IMG/VR virus record: IMGVR_UViG_2974598881_000001 | Location: 1 to 64,000 of that record | Length of the DNA: 64,000 nt | Source: a virus | Lineage: Duplodnaviria > Caudoviricetes | Direction: 5' to 3' (one strand) | Shown: piece after piece, positions 46,615 to 54,797 of the stretch | Numbering within the stretch: the stretch's first letter is position 1 | Layout of the letters: each line of letters starts with the position of its first letter | Program-made: the position numbers and the translations under genes | The notes under the pieces: generated by a model | Told to the model about the DNA's origin: nothing | What the model saw: only the letters and a program-made list of their open reading frames with translations | Database searches by the model: none

Positions 46615-47658
46615 TCAGAACGGGGGCTCTTCGTCGTCGTCGATCTGAACGGTACCGGCGGCGGGCGCGGCAGCGGGCTGCTTCACCTTGCCGACGGTCG
46701 AGATGACCTGCTCCTCGGACTCGGGCTCCGGAGCGGGCTTCGGCTGACGCGAAGGCGCGGGCGGCGGAGTCGGAGCCGAAGGCGTGTCGACCACCTCGGC
46801 GTCGATCGTGTTGCCCTGAATGTCGCCGTCCGGCACCTGGTCGGCGTCCGACAGGCCAGCGCCCTCCTCGTCCTCCTTGGGCATCGGCAGCTGGCCGAGG
46901 AAGGTCTGGGCCGACTTGAAGGAATCGAAGTAGTCCTGCCACGCAGCCTGATCGGTCTTGGCGACCTTCTTGAACTTCGGCGTGCAGTACTTCACCATGC
47001 CGCGCTTGTTGACCTCGAGCTCGAGGAGGGTGGCGACCGTGAAGATCGGGTTCTTCTTCGTGGCGAAGGGCGTCACGTACTGACGAGCGGGCTTGATGCC
47101 CGAGCGCCGGATCGTGAACAGGGCCGGAATCCAGCTCTCCGCGTCCTCGGGGTCCTGGTACAGGAGGGGGAACGTCCACTCCTCCGAGCACCACGGACGC
47201 TTGCCGGTCGGGTCCGTGTTCCACTCCTTGAAGTGGCACTTCGAGCAGGGCAGGCTCGGCATCGAGAGCAGGTTCTCGCCGACCGTGAGGGGCTGCGCGT
47301 CGCGGGGCGTGAAGACGCTCTGCGCATCCCAGGGGAACTGCTTGGCGGTCGGGAGCTCCGAGTCGACGTTCGGGAAGCCGTCGCGGGTGTTGGGGGACTT
47401 GCACAGGGGCGCGTCCGCCTCGGCGCCCTCGTTGACCTCGCCCCACATGATGCGGGACTTGTGCAGGCCGAGGAGGATCACCGTCAGCGACGGGAACAGC
47501 TCGTCCGTCTGGCTGTTCTTGAACATGCCCTCGGCGTGGTCGATAGACAGGCGCGGCATCGTGAGGTCACTCGAATCGAAGTCCTCGAGGCCGGTCTCGT
47601 TGGAATCCCACGCGACGAGGTCGGTGCCTGCCGCCTCGCTGGGCTGAAGAGAAGTCAT
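46615..47658 (-). CDS. ssDNA-binding/recombination protein with an acidic C-terminal tail
   Basis: Four conserved-looking Cys, disordered acidic tail ending DDDEEPPF (SSB-like C-terminus); own promoter; strong codon bias. Confidence 0.6.
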   Translation of the reverse strand: MTSLQPSEAAGTDLVAWDSNETGLEDFDSSDLTMPRLSIDHAEGMFKNSQTDELFPSLTVILLGLHKSRIMWGEVNEGAEADAPLCKSPNTRDGFPNVDSELPTAKQFPWDAQSVFTPRDAQPLTVGENLLSMPSLPCSKCHFKEWNTDPTGKRPWCSEEWTFPLLYQDPEDAESWIPALFTIRRSGIKPARQYVTPFATKKNPIFTVATLLELEVNKRGMVKYCTPKFKKVAKTDQAAWQDYFDSFKSAQTFLGQLPMPKEDEEGAGLSDADQVPDGDIQGNTIDAEVVDTPSAPTPPPAPSRQPKPAPEPESEEQVISTVGKVKQPAAAPAAGTVQIDDDEEPPF

Positions 47659-47744
47659 GTGTGTTTGCTCGTTTCTGTGTGTCTCGGCTGTTTAGACAGT
47701 CTCGCAGGTTTTGTAGGTTTTGCGTGCCCGTATCCCTACGGACT

Positions 47745-47778
47745 CATACATATTACTACACATGCGGACGTTTGTCAA
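47745..47778 (-). promoter_or_regulatory. SigA-type promoter
   Basis: TTGACA(47778-73)-17 nt-TAATAT. Confidence 0.7.
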
Positions 47779-48104
47779 CCCCGCTTCTTGACGGGTCGCT
47801 TTGTTGCGATTCGCACGCTCCTCTGTTCGGTGAAGACAATTCCCTTGTAGCGCATCCACACCTTGAAGGCAGTTTCGGACACGCGCCACACAGGCTTCAT
47901 CTCGGGTGTCGCGATGTTGACAGCGATCAACCGACCTCGACGTGAGCCCGCCGACCTGCCGTGGAAGAACAGGAAGTTGTCCTCGAGGGACTTGCGGCTC
48001 ACGTCGAGCATGAGGGCGATCTGATCGAGCGTGAACATGAACTCCCTGGCCGGGAGATTCACCTCCGGTTCGATGAGATCTTCAGAGAAGCTGTTGCTGG
48101 ACAT
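47775..48104 (-). CDS. Putative HTH/winged-helix DNA-binding protein
   Basis: FTLDQIALMLDVS...WRVSE; start re-called at ATG 48104. Confidence 0.55.
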   Translation of the reverse strand: MSSNSFSEDLIEPEVNLPAREFMFTLDQIALMLDVSRKSLEDNFLFFHGRSAGSRRGRLIAVNIATPEMKPVWRVSETAFKVWMRYKGIVFTEQRSVRIATKRPVKKRG

Positions 48105-48438
48105 ACACCGACCCCGGTCGCACGTAGGCGTACTGCTTCGAGCGAAGAACCGGCTTGTTGACTCCGCTGGTGGTGACGCCGAACAGCTCGCAGTTCGTGT
48201 ACAGGTACAGCATCTCTGCCAGCCAGGGGGAGACATTGAGACCGAAGTGCGGCGCGCCGCCTTCTCGGACAGACGCAGCCGACTCGTCGAAGATGGTGTC
48301 CATCATCTCCTTGAGGTACTCAGGCGAGCTCGCGGAGCGCGAGTGGTCCTGAAACCTCACGTAGACGTACTTGCAGTCGCCGAACTGCTCGAAGCCGGTC
48401 CAGACCAGGTTGTCAGGCTTGGTGGGCAGCTTGACCAT
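48082..48438 (-). CDS. Hypothetical protein
   Basis: 118 aa, TAATG coupling. Confidence 0.6.
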   Translation of the reverse strand: MVKLPTKPDNLVWTGFEQFGDCKYVYVRFQDHSRSASSPEYLKEMMDTIFDESAASVREGGAPHFGLNVSPWLAEMLYLYTNCELFGVTTSGVNKPVLRSKQYAYVRPGSVYVQQQLL

Positions 48439-48743
48439 TAGCGCACCTCCTTGTAGGTCTCTTCCGCGTCGTGCACGGTGGCAGCGAACTGGAGCTGCCG
48501 CTTCGTCTTCGCGCGGTCTTCCGAGATGGTCCAGTAGAACTTCTCGCCCGATCCGAGGAACACTCGGCGAGCGTCCTGAACCGCACGCAGCGGCGTCTCC
48601 TGCGCGTAGCTCCGCACGATTGCGTTACCGGCCTTGTCGTACAAGGTCCAGTACCACAGCGACGGCTTGCTGCCGGTGATCGCCAGGTTTCCCTTGGCAA
48701 CCCTGATGTATCGGAGCCTCCCGTGCCCCTTGTGTCCACTCAT
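48438..48743 (-). CDS. Hypothetical protein
   Basis: Start re-called at ATG 48743 (ATGA overlap). Confidence 0.55.
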   Translation of the reverse strand: MSGHKGHGRLRYIRVAKGNLAITGSKPSLWYWTLYDKAGNAIVRSYAQETPLRAVQDARRVFLGSGEKFYWTISEDRAKTKRQLQFAATVHDAEETYKEVR

Positions 48744-48931
48744 CGTCCCGTTTTCCTCCTCTTCTTCCGCGCCTTGTCGCGCTTGTTGTCGCGCTCGACC
48801 TTGCGAATCGCGGCCTTCTTCTCGAGCTTGTCCACCCGCTCGCACCATTCGCGGTACGTCTCGCCGGGCTCCTGAGGGGGAACCTCGTTGAGGAACTCGC
48901 GCAGATGTTGACTGGACCAGTTGCCTTCCAT
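48740..48931 (-). CDS. Small basic hypothetical protein
   Basis: 63 aa, TAATG coupling. Confidence 0.55.
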   Translation of the reverse strand: MEGNWSSQHLREFLNEVPPQEPGETYREWCERVDKLEKKAAIRKVERDNKRDKARKKRRKTGR

Positions 48932-49086
48932 TACTCCTCGCCTCCCAAGTTCTGCATGAAAATGAACTTGCCATCGACAAAGGCGCTGTCGTTGTTGTAG
49001 GGCGCTTTGCCGTCGATTACTTGGTCGAGTACTTCGTGCGCCTTCTTGCGCTCCTCCTTGACACTCAGGCTGTCGTACTCACTCAC
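48931..49086 (-). CDS. Small hypothetical protein
   Basis: GTG start at 49086 (GTGA overlap), 51 aa. Confidence 0.45.
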   Translation of the reverse strand: MSEYDSLSVKEERKKAHEVLDQVIDGKAPYNNDSAFVDGKFIFMQNLGGEE

Positions 49087-49718
49087 CGCTTGTTCTTCCG
49101 CTTGAGCGCTTCGAGGCCGTCGCGCATCCCCTCGAGGGTGAGCCCCTTGAAGTACAGGGGCTTGTGGTTGATCTTCGCGTAGCCGAGTCGCTCCCACCGG
49201 GCGAACACTGCGCCGATCGCTCCGGTGCTCGGAGGGTTGTCGGGGTCGATCAGGTTTGCGATCAGCTGCGGCGTGCAGGGCTCATCGAACTCGCCGAGCA
49301 TGGCCCGGTTGCAGATTTGCTGCACCTCGACCTCGAGCTGCCCGCGTTGCCGGTACCCCGACGGCGTTTCGGTGAACGTGCGCGCCGATTCCAATAGCCC
49401 AGGAGCCACCGTGCTGCGTTTTTCCGGCGCGCGGGTGGATCGGGTACCCCCCATCGAAGCATCCGGCATATCGCGGCCGAAGTACATGGAAAGGTCGGGG
49501 CCGACGAAGGGCACGTAGTTCGGGTTCTGGTGCACCCGCCTGGGCTCGCCCGCCATCTCGTACATCTTGTTGAACTTCTTGTGGCACGCACACGCGCAGA
49601 GCTCGTACTTCACGCACACCTTCATGTGCTTACCGCTCGGGCTCACCGGGGCGGTACCCTCGCAGTGACCGTTGCTGCAGAATCCACTGACGTACTTGCT
49701 GTTGGGGTCTTGTTTCAT
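49083..49718 (-). CDS. Hypothetical protein with N-terminal Cys/His cluster and a winged-helix-like C-terminus
   Basis: FCSNGHC...C.C.CH; STGAIGAVFARW. Confidence 0.65.
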   Translation of the reverse strand: MKQDPNSKYVSGFCSNGHCEGTAPVSPSGKHMKVCVKYELCACACHKKFNKMYEMAGEPRRVHQNPNYVPFVGPDLSMYFGRDMPDASMGGTRSTRAPEKRSTVAPGLLESARTFTETPSGYRQRGQLEVEVQQICNRAMLGEFDEPCTPQLIANLIDPDNPPSTGAIGAVFARWERLGYAKINHKPLYFKGLTLEGMRDGLEALKRKNKR

Positions 49719-49975
49719 GCGGGGTACTCCTCTCGGATAGCCTGGAACTCTCGATTGATTCCGTCGAGAGCGCTCGTGAGCGTCTTGATCTCGCTACGCA
49801 TCGTGGGAACGAAGGGTAGGTCGCGATTCACCCTGCCCTCCAAGTTCACGCACTCGTTGGTGAGGTGGTTGACCTGAATGATCACTTCATCCAACTTGTG
49901 CGCGAGCATGACGAGGAACGATTCGCCAGAGACGGGATGAGGCGGAACCTGCAGGGTGTGCTTGTTGTTAATCAA
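49715..49975 (-). CDS. Hypothetical protein
   Basis: 86 aa, helical. Confidence 0.55.
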   Translation of the reverse strand: MINNKHTLQVPPHPVSGESFLVMLAHKLDEVIIQVNHLTNECVNLEGRVNRDLPFVPTMRSEIKTLTSALDGINREFQAIREEYPA

Positions 49976-50522
49976 GGTCGGTCACCTCCGCGCCGACACC
50001 GTAACCGTCCTCGGTGTTATCTTCTGGCGACGCGCTCTTCTGCTTGCTCGCGATCGACCGCTCGAACTGGCTGGCGTCGATATTGGTGCGACCCAGCCAG
50101 GAGTTGGGGAGGTGCTCGATTGTCTCCTCGAACATCTCGCCACCCTCACGACGCCAGATGACGGGCGGCTCCCGGAAGATGCGAGACATCGAAATATCTC
50201 CGTCCGCGAGCGCTTCGTCTGCGATTCGGTCTCGGGCACGCACGCTGTCGAGTGCGCACTCGAAGGCAATGTCCATTGCCCGCTTAGCAGCGACGAGCTC
50301 TTCCTCGGTCATGGCGGTCAGCACAACCGCCACCGACCGCTTGCTCGGTCCGTCGATATTGAGCTCGACATCGACTCCGTACCCTACTCGCTGATTCGGG
50401 CGAATGTAGAGGACGAACGTGTTGAGGCACGCCTTGACCCATAGCCTGCGGAACGGACCGAAGGTTCCCGCAAGAATGTGGGAGTCAGCTTTCTTCTTCA
50501 CGCTTTCGCCTGGTGCGCGCAA
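49968..50522 (-). CDS. Hypothetical protein (start uncertain)
   Basis: ORF track; true start probably downstream (for example GTG 50501). Confidence 0.5.
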   Translation of the reverse strand: MRAPGESVKKKADSHILAGTFGPFRRLWVKACLNTFVLYIRPNQRVGYGVDVELNIDGPSKRSVAVVLTAMTEEELVAAKRAMDIAFECALDSVRARDRIADEALADGDISMSRIFREPPVIWRREGGEMFEETIEHLPNSWLGRTNIDASQFERSIASKQKSASPEDNTEDGYGVGAEVTDLD

Positions 50523-50730
50523 TTTTCATCCTCTCCGTTCTCGACATGTCGCGAGGGTAGTTGTAATCCTTGTCGCTGCCGAGGCAATTCTCGCACAGCC
50601 AATCGACCGTACGAGAACGGAACACAGTCGATGCGTTTCCGATCCCGGCGAACATCACCTTCTTTGCGGTGAGCTCGTCCCTCTTCTTGTCCTTGCCACA
50701 GTTAGTGCAAGCGTACAACGGGTCTGCCAT
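50485..50730 (-). CDS. Small zinc-finger protein
   Basis: CTNC...CENC; start at ATG 50730. Confidence 0.6.
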   Translation of the reverse strand: MADPLYACTNCGKDKKRDELTAKKVMFAGIGNASTVFRSRTVDWLCENCLGSDKDYNYPRDMSRTERMKIARTRRKREEES

Positions 50731-50743
50731 TTCGGCCTTTCTT

Positions 50744-51583
50744 TCAGAAGGGAGGCGGGGGAACCGCATCGCCGAAGTCTTTAGGGTTAAACTTGTGCTG
50801 TTCGCACTCGATGCACTTGCCGGTCAGTGCGAGGCACATCCGGTCTACCGTGAGCGGATCGAGGATCGAGTACGCCTTCTCGCAGTCACGGCAGAAGATG
50901 TCTGCGCCAGCGCCGAGGTCCACGATCTCGTCAACCGAACTCACGAACGCCTGCTCGATAACCTCGAGCGGTATCTGGTAAGACCAGGGGAACTCGCCGA
51001 TGTTGACAACGAACAGGCCATTCTCTGACTTGTTATTGACAGTGATGGTTGCCTCAACCAGGCCGACAATCTTGACGGTCTGCGCGTCCTCGTCTACCTC
51101 GGCACGCATTCGAGCGTACCAGATGTTGGCGATCTTGTTGTTCGCGTCGTCGATCTCCGCCAGAAGGGGAAACTCGAAGTAGGCTTCGGTGTGAATGAGT
51201 ACTGCGAACAGGGTCTCCTGCATGATCTTCCACTCGGCGTGAGGCCGAGCCCCATTCGTATTCACGAACGGGCGGAACACAGGCACCTTGCCGTAGCTGT
51301 TATCTACGTCCGAGTCGAGCAGAACGTACAGACCGTTTGCCTGCGGGTTGGCCTTGGTTGTGATCCTGGCCCTGAAGCCGCTTGCCAGCTCAACATCCCA
51401 GCCGCGCGGCGGCTCGTCATGCGTAGAACACAAACCAAGCAACTCGTCGTACAGGTCATACGAGTCGATAAGTTCCCAGGCTGCAGCAGGCTCGCGCCAG
51501 CGATTATGTCGCCCCAGCTCAATCAAAGGGGGAGCTGTCATCTTGCTGATCCACTCGCCCTGCTTCTGAATCATTGAGTCCAT
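50744..51583 (-). CDS. Hypothetical protein with a C-terminal Cys4 motif
   Basis: Likely start ATG 51583 after GGGGTGAGG; FCRDC...C...C..C; frame stays open upstream to ATG 52021. Confidence 0.6.
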   Translation of the reverse strand: MDSMIQKQGEWISKMTAPPLIELGRHNRWREPAAAWELIDSYDLYDELLGLCSTHDEPPRGWDVELASGFRARITTKANPQANGLYVLLDSDVDNSYGKVPVFRPFVNTNGARPHAEWKIMQETLFAVLIHTEAYFEFPLLAEIDDANNKIANIWYARMRAEVDEDAQTVKIVGLVEATITVNNKSENGLFVVNIGEFPWSYQIPLEVIEQAFVSSVDEIVDLGAGADIFCRDCEKAYSILDPLTVDRMCLALTGKCIECEQHKFNPKDFGDAVPPPPF

Positions 51584-52139
51584 CCTCACCCCCTTCTGAG
51601 CCGAGACAGTTCTGTAGCCGACCGGTGACAGCGGGCGTAATAACTTCAGCGAATCGCTTTCGGCCTCCTCTTGAGAGGATGCCTTCGTGTGCAAAGGCCC
51701 GAATAGCCCGGTGTAAGGCTGTGTCTTCATCTGACCGCCCTTGCCGCCGCTCCCCCCGGCGATTCCCGCGAACGTTCCCGGAACCTGTTGCATGAGGCCT
51801 CTGGCGCCGCCCCCGCTCACGATCATCTCGCCCGGCTGAACCGTCGCCTTGACCGCTCTGGTGAGTGATTTCCGGAGATCGTCCTTGGTCAGCTGCTCCA
51901 GCTGCTCGTGAATCTTGGTTCCCGAGATTGCTGTGTCCTTGATCCAGTCGGGGCGGCCGCTTGCGGGGGCCTCGCGGCTTTCGCTCTGGCCACTCGAGCG
52001 CTTCTTCCTTCGGCTTGTCATCCTTCTTCACCTCCTTCTTTGCAGGGGTCTTGCGCACCTTCTTGGGCTTCGCTGCCGTCTCGCATGTGCACGGGAACTC
52101 GTCACAGAACATGCACGGCTCGGGGGGCTTAGCGGCCAT
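51519..52139 (-). CDS. Hypothetical protein with an N-terminal CxxC..PCxC motif and a basic linker
   Basis: Start re-called at ATG 52139 (TAATG); PCMFCDEFPCTC. Confidence 0.6.
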   Translation of the reverse strand: MAAKPPEPCMFCDEFPCTCETAAKPKKVRKTPAKKEVKKDDKPKEEALEWPERKPRGPRKRPPRLDQGHSNLGNQDSRAAGAADQGRSPEITHQSGQGDGSAGRDDRERGRRQRPHATGSGNVRGNRRGERRQGRSDEDTALHRAIRAFAHEGILSRGGRKRFAEVITPAVTGRLQNCLGSEGGEDGLNDSEAGRVDQQDDSSPFD

Positions 52140-52309
52140 TACTCCACCAGCTGGATTCCCACGACGTTCACGCCATCGACCACCTTGAAGCTGCCGGTCG
52201 TCTCGTACACGTCGCCACTGCCGCTGTCGACGAAGACGACCTTGGACTTGCCGCTCCGGTACTTCGCCATGAGCTTCATGAGCGCGTCCTTGAAGTCGAA
52301 GATGTTCAC
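52139..52309 (-). CDS. Small hypothetical protein (56 aa, not in the ORF track)
   Basis: GTG 52309 after SD GGAGGTGAGG; MNIFDFKDALMKL... Confidence 0.6.
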   Translation of the reverse strand: MNIFDFKDALMKLMAKYRSGKSKVVFVDSGSGDVYETTGSFKVVDGVNVVGIQLVE

Positions 52310-52566
52310 ACCTCACCTCCCAACATGTAGGTTCCGAAGACCGTCCCGGCGTACCCGGCGAGGCCGCTAGCAGCGGACAGACTGCCCGCCAGGACAGTGC
52401 ATCGGTACTGCTCGTTGTCCTGAAGCGCGCCCACGAGGCTCAGCGCGATCATGCAGTCCCCGATCTGCTGGTCGGCCTCCATTGCGCCGCCCGCCACCAG
52501 GTACTCGGCGAGCGCATCGAGCGCCTTTTGCTTGAGCTCCGCGCGCTTGTTCGCATCGTCAATCAA
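52306..52566 (-). CDS. Hypothetical protein
   Basis: TTG start at 52566 after SD GGAGGAGG. Confidence 0.55.
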   Translation of the reverse strand: MIDDANKRAELKQKALDALAEYLVAGGAMEADQQIGDCMIALSLVGALQDNEQYRCTVLAGSLSAASGLAGYAGTVFGTYMLGGEV

Positions 52567-52587
52567 AGTTTGTTCCTCCTCCGTACG

Positions 52588-52622
52588 CCTACGATAGTAC
52601 CACATCGTAGGGTGTTTGTCAA
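52588..52622 (-). promoter_or_regulatory. SigA-type promoter with an 8-bp inverted repeat
   Basis: TTGACA(52622-17)-17 nt-TACTAT(52599-94); CCTACGAT/ATCGTAGG. Confidence 0.8.
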
Positions 52623-53314
52623 TTCCCCACTAGCTGGGCCTTCTCGTGCTCGAACTGTTCGTCAGTGAGCTTGAACATCGACTGAATCGCCATGTCCGGG
52701 ATGCCCTTCTTGAGCATGTTGCGTAGGTGCTCGCGCTCGTCGCTGCCGAATGCGCGGAACTTGCCGGTCTTGGGGTCGGCCTTCGGCCCACGAGCGGGCT
52801 TCGCGGCCCGTTTCGGCGCAGGCTTCTCCGCTTCTCGCATCGGAAGTGGCATCGGGTTGTATCCGCCGCACCCTGGCGTGTCCATGAAGTCGATCTCGCC
52901 AGCGTTCATGCGGTAGCGCTTGAGTGCCCACTTGCTCACGGCAGGCACGTCTTCGAAGTGGGGAACACTGATGATCTGAATCGCCATCGCCAGCCCCTGC
53001 GCCTGACCTTGGAGCTTGTGAAAGCCCTCGATCTCTTCAGGGGTCATCGAGCCGTCCTTGTACTTGGCGCGCTGATCCATGATCGCTTTGGTTACTCGAT
53101 CGAGCTCGATCCAGTTCTGTTCGATGAGGCTAGGGCCTGCAGGCATAGGTTCCCCCTTTTCTTCTTTGTATGGACAGTTCGCACCATGCTTATCGTGCGC
53201 AGTCCATGCGGCCTTTTCAGACCGATGGTTTGACTCCCATTCACACTGTGGATCGCCGCAGGTGAACATCCATCCGACCTCTGCCGGATAAACCTCAGGC
53301 CATGAGACCTTCAT
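52619..53314 (-). CDS. Hypothetical protein with an N-terminal C2H2-like motif
   Basis: CGDPQC...H..H..C. Confidence 0.6.
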   Translation of the reverse strand: MKVSWPEVYPAEVGWMFTCGDPQCEWESNHRSEKAAWTAHDKHGANCPYKEEKGEPMPAGPSLIEQNWIELDRVTKAIMDQRAKYKDGSMTPEEIEGFHKLQGQAQGLAMAIQIISVPHFEDVPAVSKWALKRYRMNAGEIDFMDTPGCGGYNPMPLPMREAEKPAPKRAAKPARGPKADPKTGKFRAFGSDEREHLRNMLKKGIPDMAIQSMFKLTDEQFEHEKAQLVGN

Positions 53315-53447
53315 CGGGCTTGACTTCCTCTTCTTCCTCAGGAGTCATCGGTGGCCGCAGCTTCGAGAGGTCCATTACCTCGTTGGCCTCTTCGGTGTGC
53401 GGCTCGGGTGCGTCGTCTGGATCAGCCCAGTACGGAGTCGATGCCAT
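53295..53447 (-). CDS. Small acidic protein (50 aa, not in the ORF track)
   Basis: MASTPYWADPDD...; fills the gap between two genes. Confidence 0.45.
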   Translation of the reverse strand: MASTPYWADPDDAPEPHTEEANEVMDLSKLRPPMTPEEEEEVKPDEGLMA

Positions 53448-53448
53448 C

Positions 53449-53850
53449 TCAGTAGCAGTGGGCCCAGGAGTAGTTGCTGTCGTTGTCGGACGACTCCGAG
53501 ACCTTGTAGCCGTTGACGTAAATCGAGCAGTAGACCGCTCCCCCGTTGGTGTCGTTGATCGAGGTGCTGATGTACTCGCTGGTCGAGCCGGTGAAGATCG
53601 TCCGCGTGATGCAGGTGATGCCCCGCTCGCTCGCGCCGTCCAGCCAGGTGTTAGCCCACGAGACCGTGTTGCCGTACTCGTTCTGGAAGGACAGGTTCAC
53701 GGTCGCGCCGGTCGAGGAACAGAACTGCTGATCCACCTTCGAGTACGACGGGGCGGTAACGGCGCTCGCCTCGCCTGCGTATGCACCACCGACGAAGGCG
53801 AGCGCGGCGGCGACGGTCAGAACGGATGCGGTCTTGGTCTTACGATTCAT
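53449..53850 (-). CDS. Secreted MmpS-like protein
   Basis: Signal peptide (cleavage near ASA); C-terminal VYCSIYVNG...AHCY matches the MmpS C.I.V(D/N)G...C pattern. Confidence 0.6.
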   Translation of the reverse strand: MNRKTKTASVLTVAAALAFVGGAYAGEASAVTAPSYSKVDQQFCSSTGATVNLSFQNEYGNTVSWANTWLDGASERGITCITRTIFTGSTSEYISTSINDTNGGAVYCSIYVNGYKVSESSDNDSNYSWAHCY

Positions 53851-53908
53851 GGTGTTACCTCCTGGGGTTGTACGATTAAGATAGAACTGGTACTACCTGC
53901 TAGTTTGC

Positions 53909-53947
53909 GAATAGCCCGAGCAGCGATCCATACTGCTCGGGCTATTC
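53909..53947. terminator. 15-bp perfect hairpin
   Basis: GAATAGCCCGAGCAG/CTGCTCGGGCTATTC with a 9-nt loop. Confidence 0.7.
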
Positions 53948-53949
53948 TC

Positions 53950-54250
53950 CCTGTTCCGCTTGCTGCTCCAGCGACATTCGACGTAGGGTTAACACGCTCG
54001 CTGGCGGCTCTGGGGCTATCCCGACATTCGCCCCAGTCTGCCTTGCTTTCATACCAGTAATGAGAGGTCGGTAAGGCTAGCTTGGGTGTAGGCTTGCCTC
54101 TTACCTACTGCTGGGTCATTCACACAACCACTTAGTCTCTCGCTTCACTGGACCCCCAGAAACGCGAGCAAACCGTCCCAGCCCCGCGACTACTCGTACC
54201 GACCCGGTCGCACTTGACAACAATCGAGTTCGACGTTAGTAGCTTGTGTT
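53950..54250 (-). ncRNA. Candidate ~300-nt structured non-coding RNA of unknown class
   Basis: Largest gap between plausible genes in the window; six end-to-end helices found by eye; duplicated 9-mer CGAATGTCG; strand inferred from context. Confidence 0.45.
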
Positions 54251-54256
54251 GAAGAC

Positions 54257-54679
54257 TTACTCGTCCTCGCCGCCGTCCTCGTTGTCCTTCTTCGCCGGGG
54301 GATCGGCGTGGAAGTGCGAAAGCGGCTCGTGGTTGAGTCCGTCGTGGAACGCGAGTGCGTCCTCGGGCGTCATCGAGTTGATGTCGGCGAGGCTGTAGCC
54401 GTGGCGGTCCACGAGGTGACGCTTGACGGTGTCGAGGTTGACGAGGTTCAGGCGGCGGGCCTTCATCTCGGGCTCGGCCTCGAGCGCCACGCGGATGTCC
54501 TCGATCTCGTCGTGCTTGACCAGGCCGAGGTGCGACTTGCCCTTCTCCTTGAAGGCGATCATCTCGGGCGAGGACGAGGCGACGGTGCCGGTGACGTACT
54601 CGTCGGAACCGACGAGCTTGAGCTCCACGCGCTTGCCGTCGTAGTCGGTCAGCTCGAGCTCGGTCGTGGGTGCGGACAT
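54257..54679 (-). CDS. Protein with a putative Sm/Hfq-like N-terminal domain and a His-rich C-terminal domain
   Basis: LTDYDGKRVELKLVG...VTGTV..S..MIAFK......LVK..I..I pattern; H..D.H...H...H..H.H. Confidence 0.5.
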   Translation of the reverse strand: MSAPTTELELTDYDGKRVELKLVGSDEYVTGTVASSSPEMIAFKEKGKSHLGLVKHDEIEDIRVALEAEPEMKARRLNLVNLDTVKRHLVDRHGYSLADINSMTPEDALAFHDGLNHEPLSHFHADPPAKKDNEDGGEDE

Positions 54680-54720
54680 GATTTCTCCTAGTTTCGTGTG
54701 GTCAGGGGCGTCCGTGCGCC

Positions 54721-54760
54721 GTACCCGTTAATGGTACCACGGGCACGGGCACGGGCGCAA
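54721..54760 (-). promoter_or_regulatory. Promoter of the Sm-like gene, with the -10 inside an inverted repeat
   Basis: TTGCGC(54760-55)-18 nt-TACCAT(54736-31), preceded by TGG; GTGCCCGT/ACGGGTAC; three CGGGC[A/G] repeats in the spacer. Confidence 0.55.
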
Positions 54761-54797
54761 CCCGACGCGGGATGAACTTTCCCGAACGGAAGGTTCG

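Noticed and set aside
53975-54185. tmRNA (the - strand GGGGCTGGGACGGTTT resembles the tmRNA 5' end)
   Set aside because: No TTCGAC after it, no proper T arm, no G3:U70 pair, too short, and no tag reading frame evident.
54125-54195. Group I intron core (GAGACTA and TAGTC)
   Set aside because: The elements are in the wrong order for P7, and no interrupted gene flanks them.
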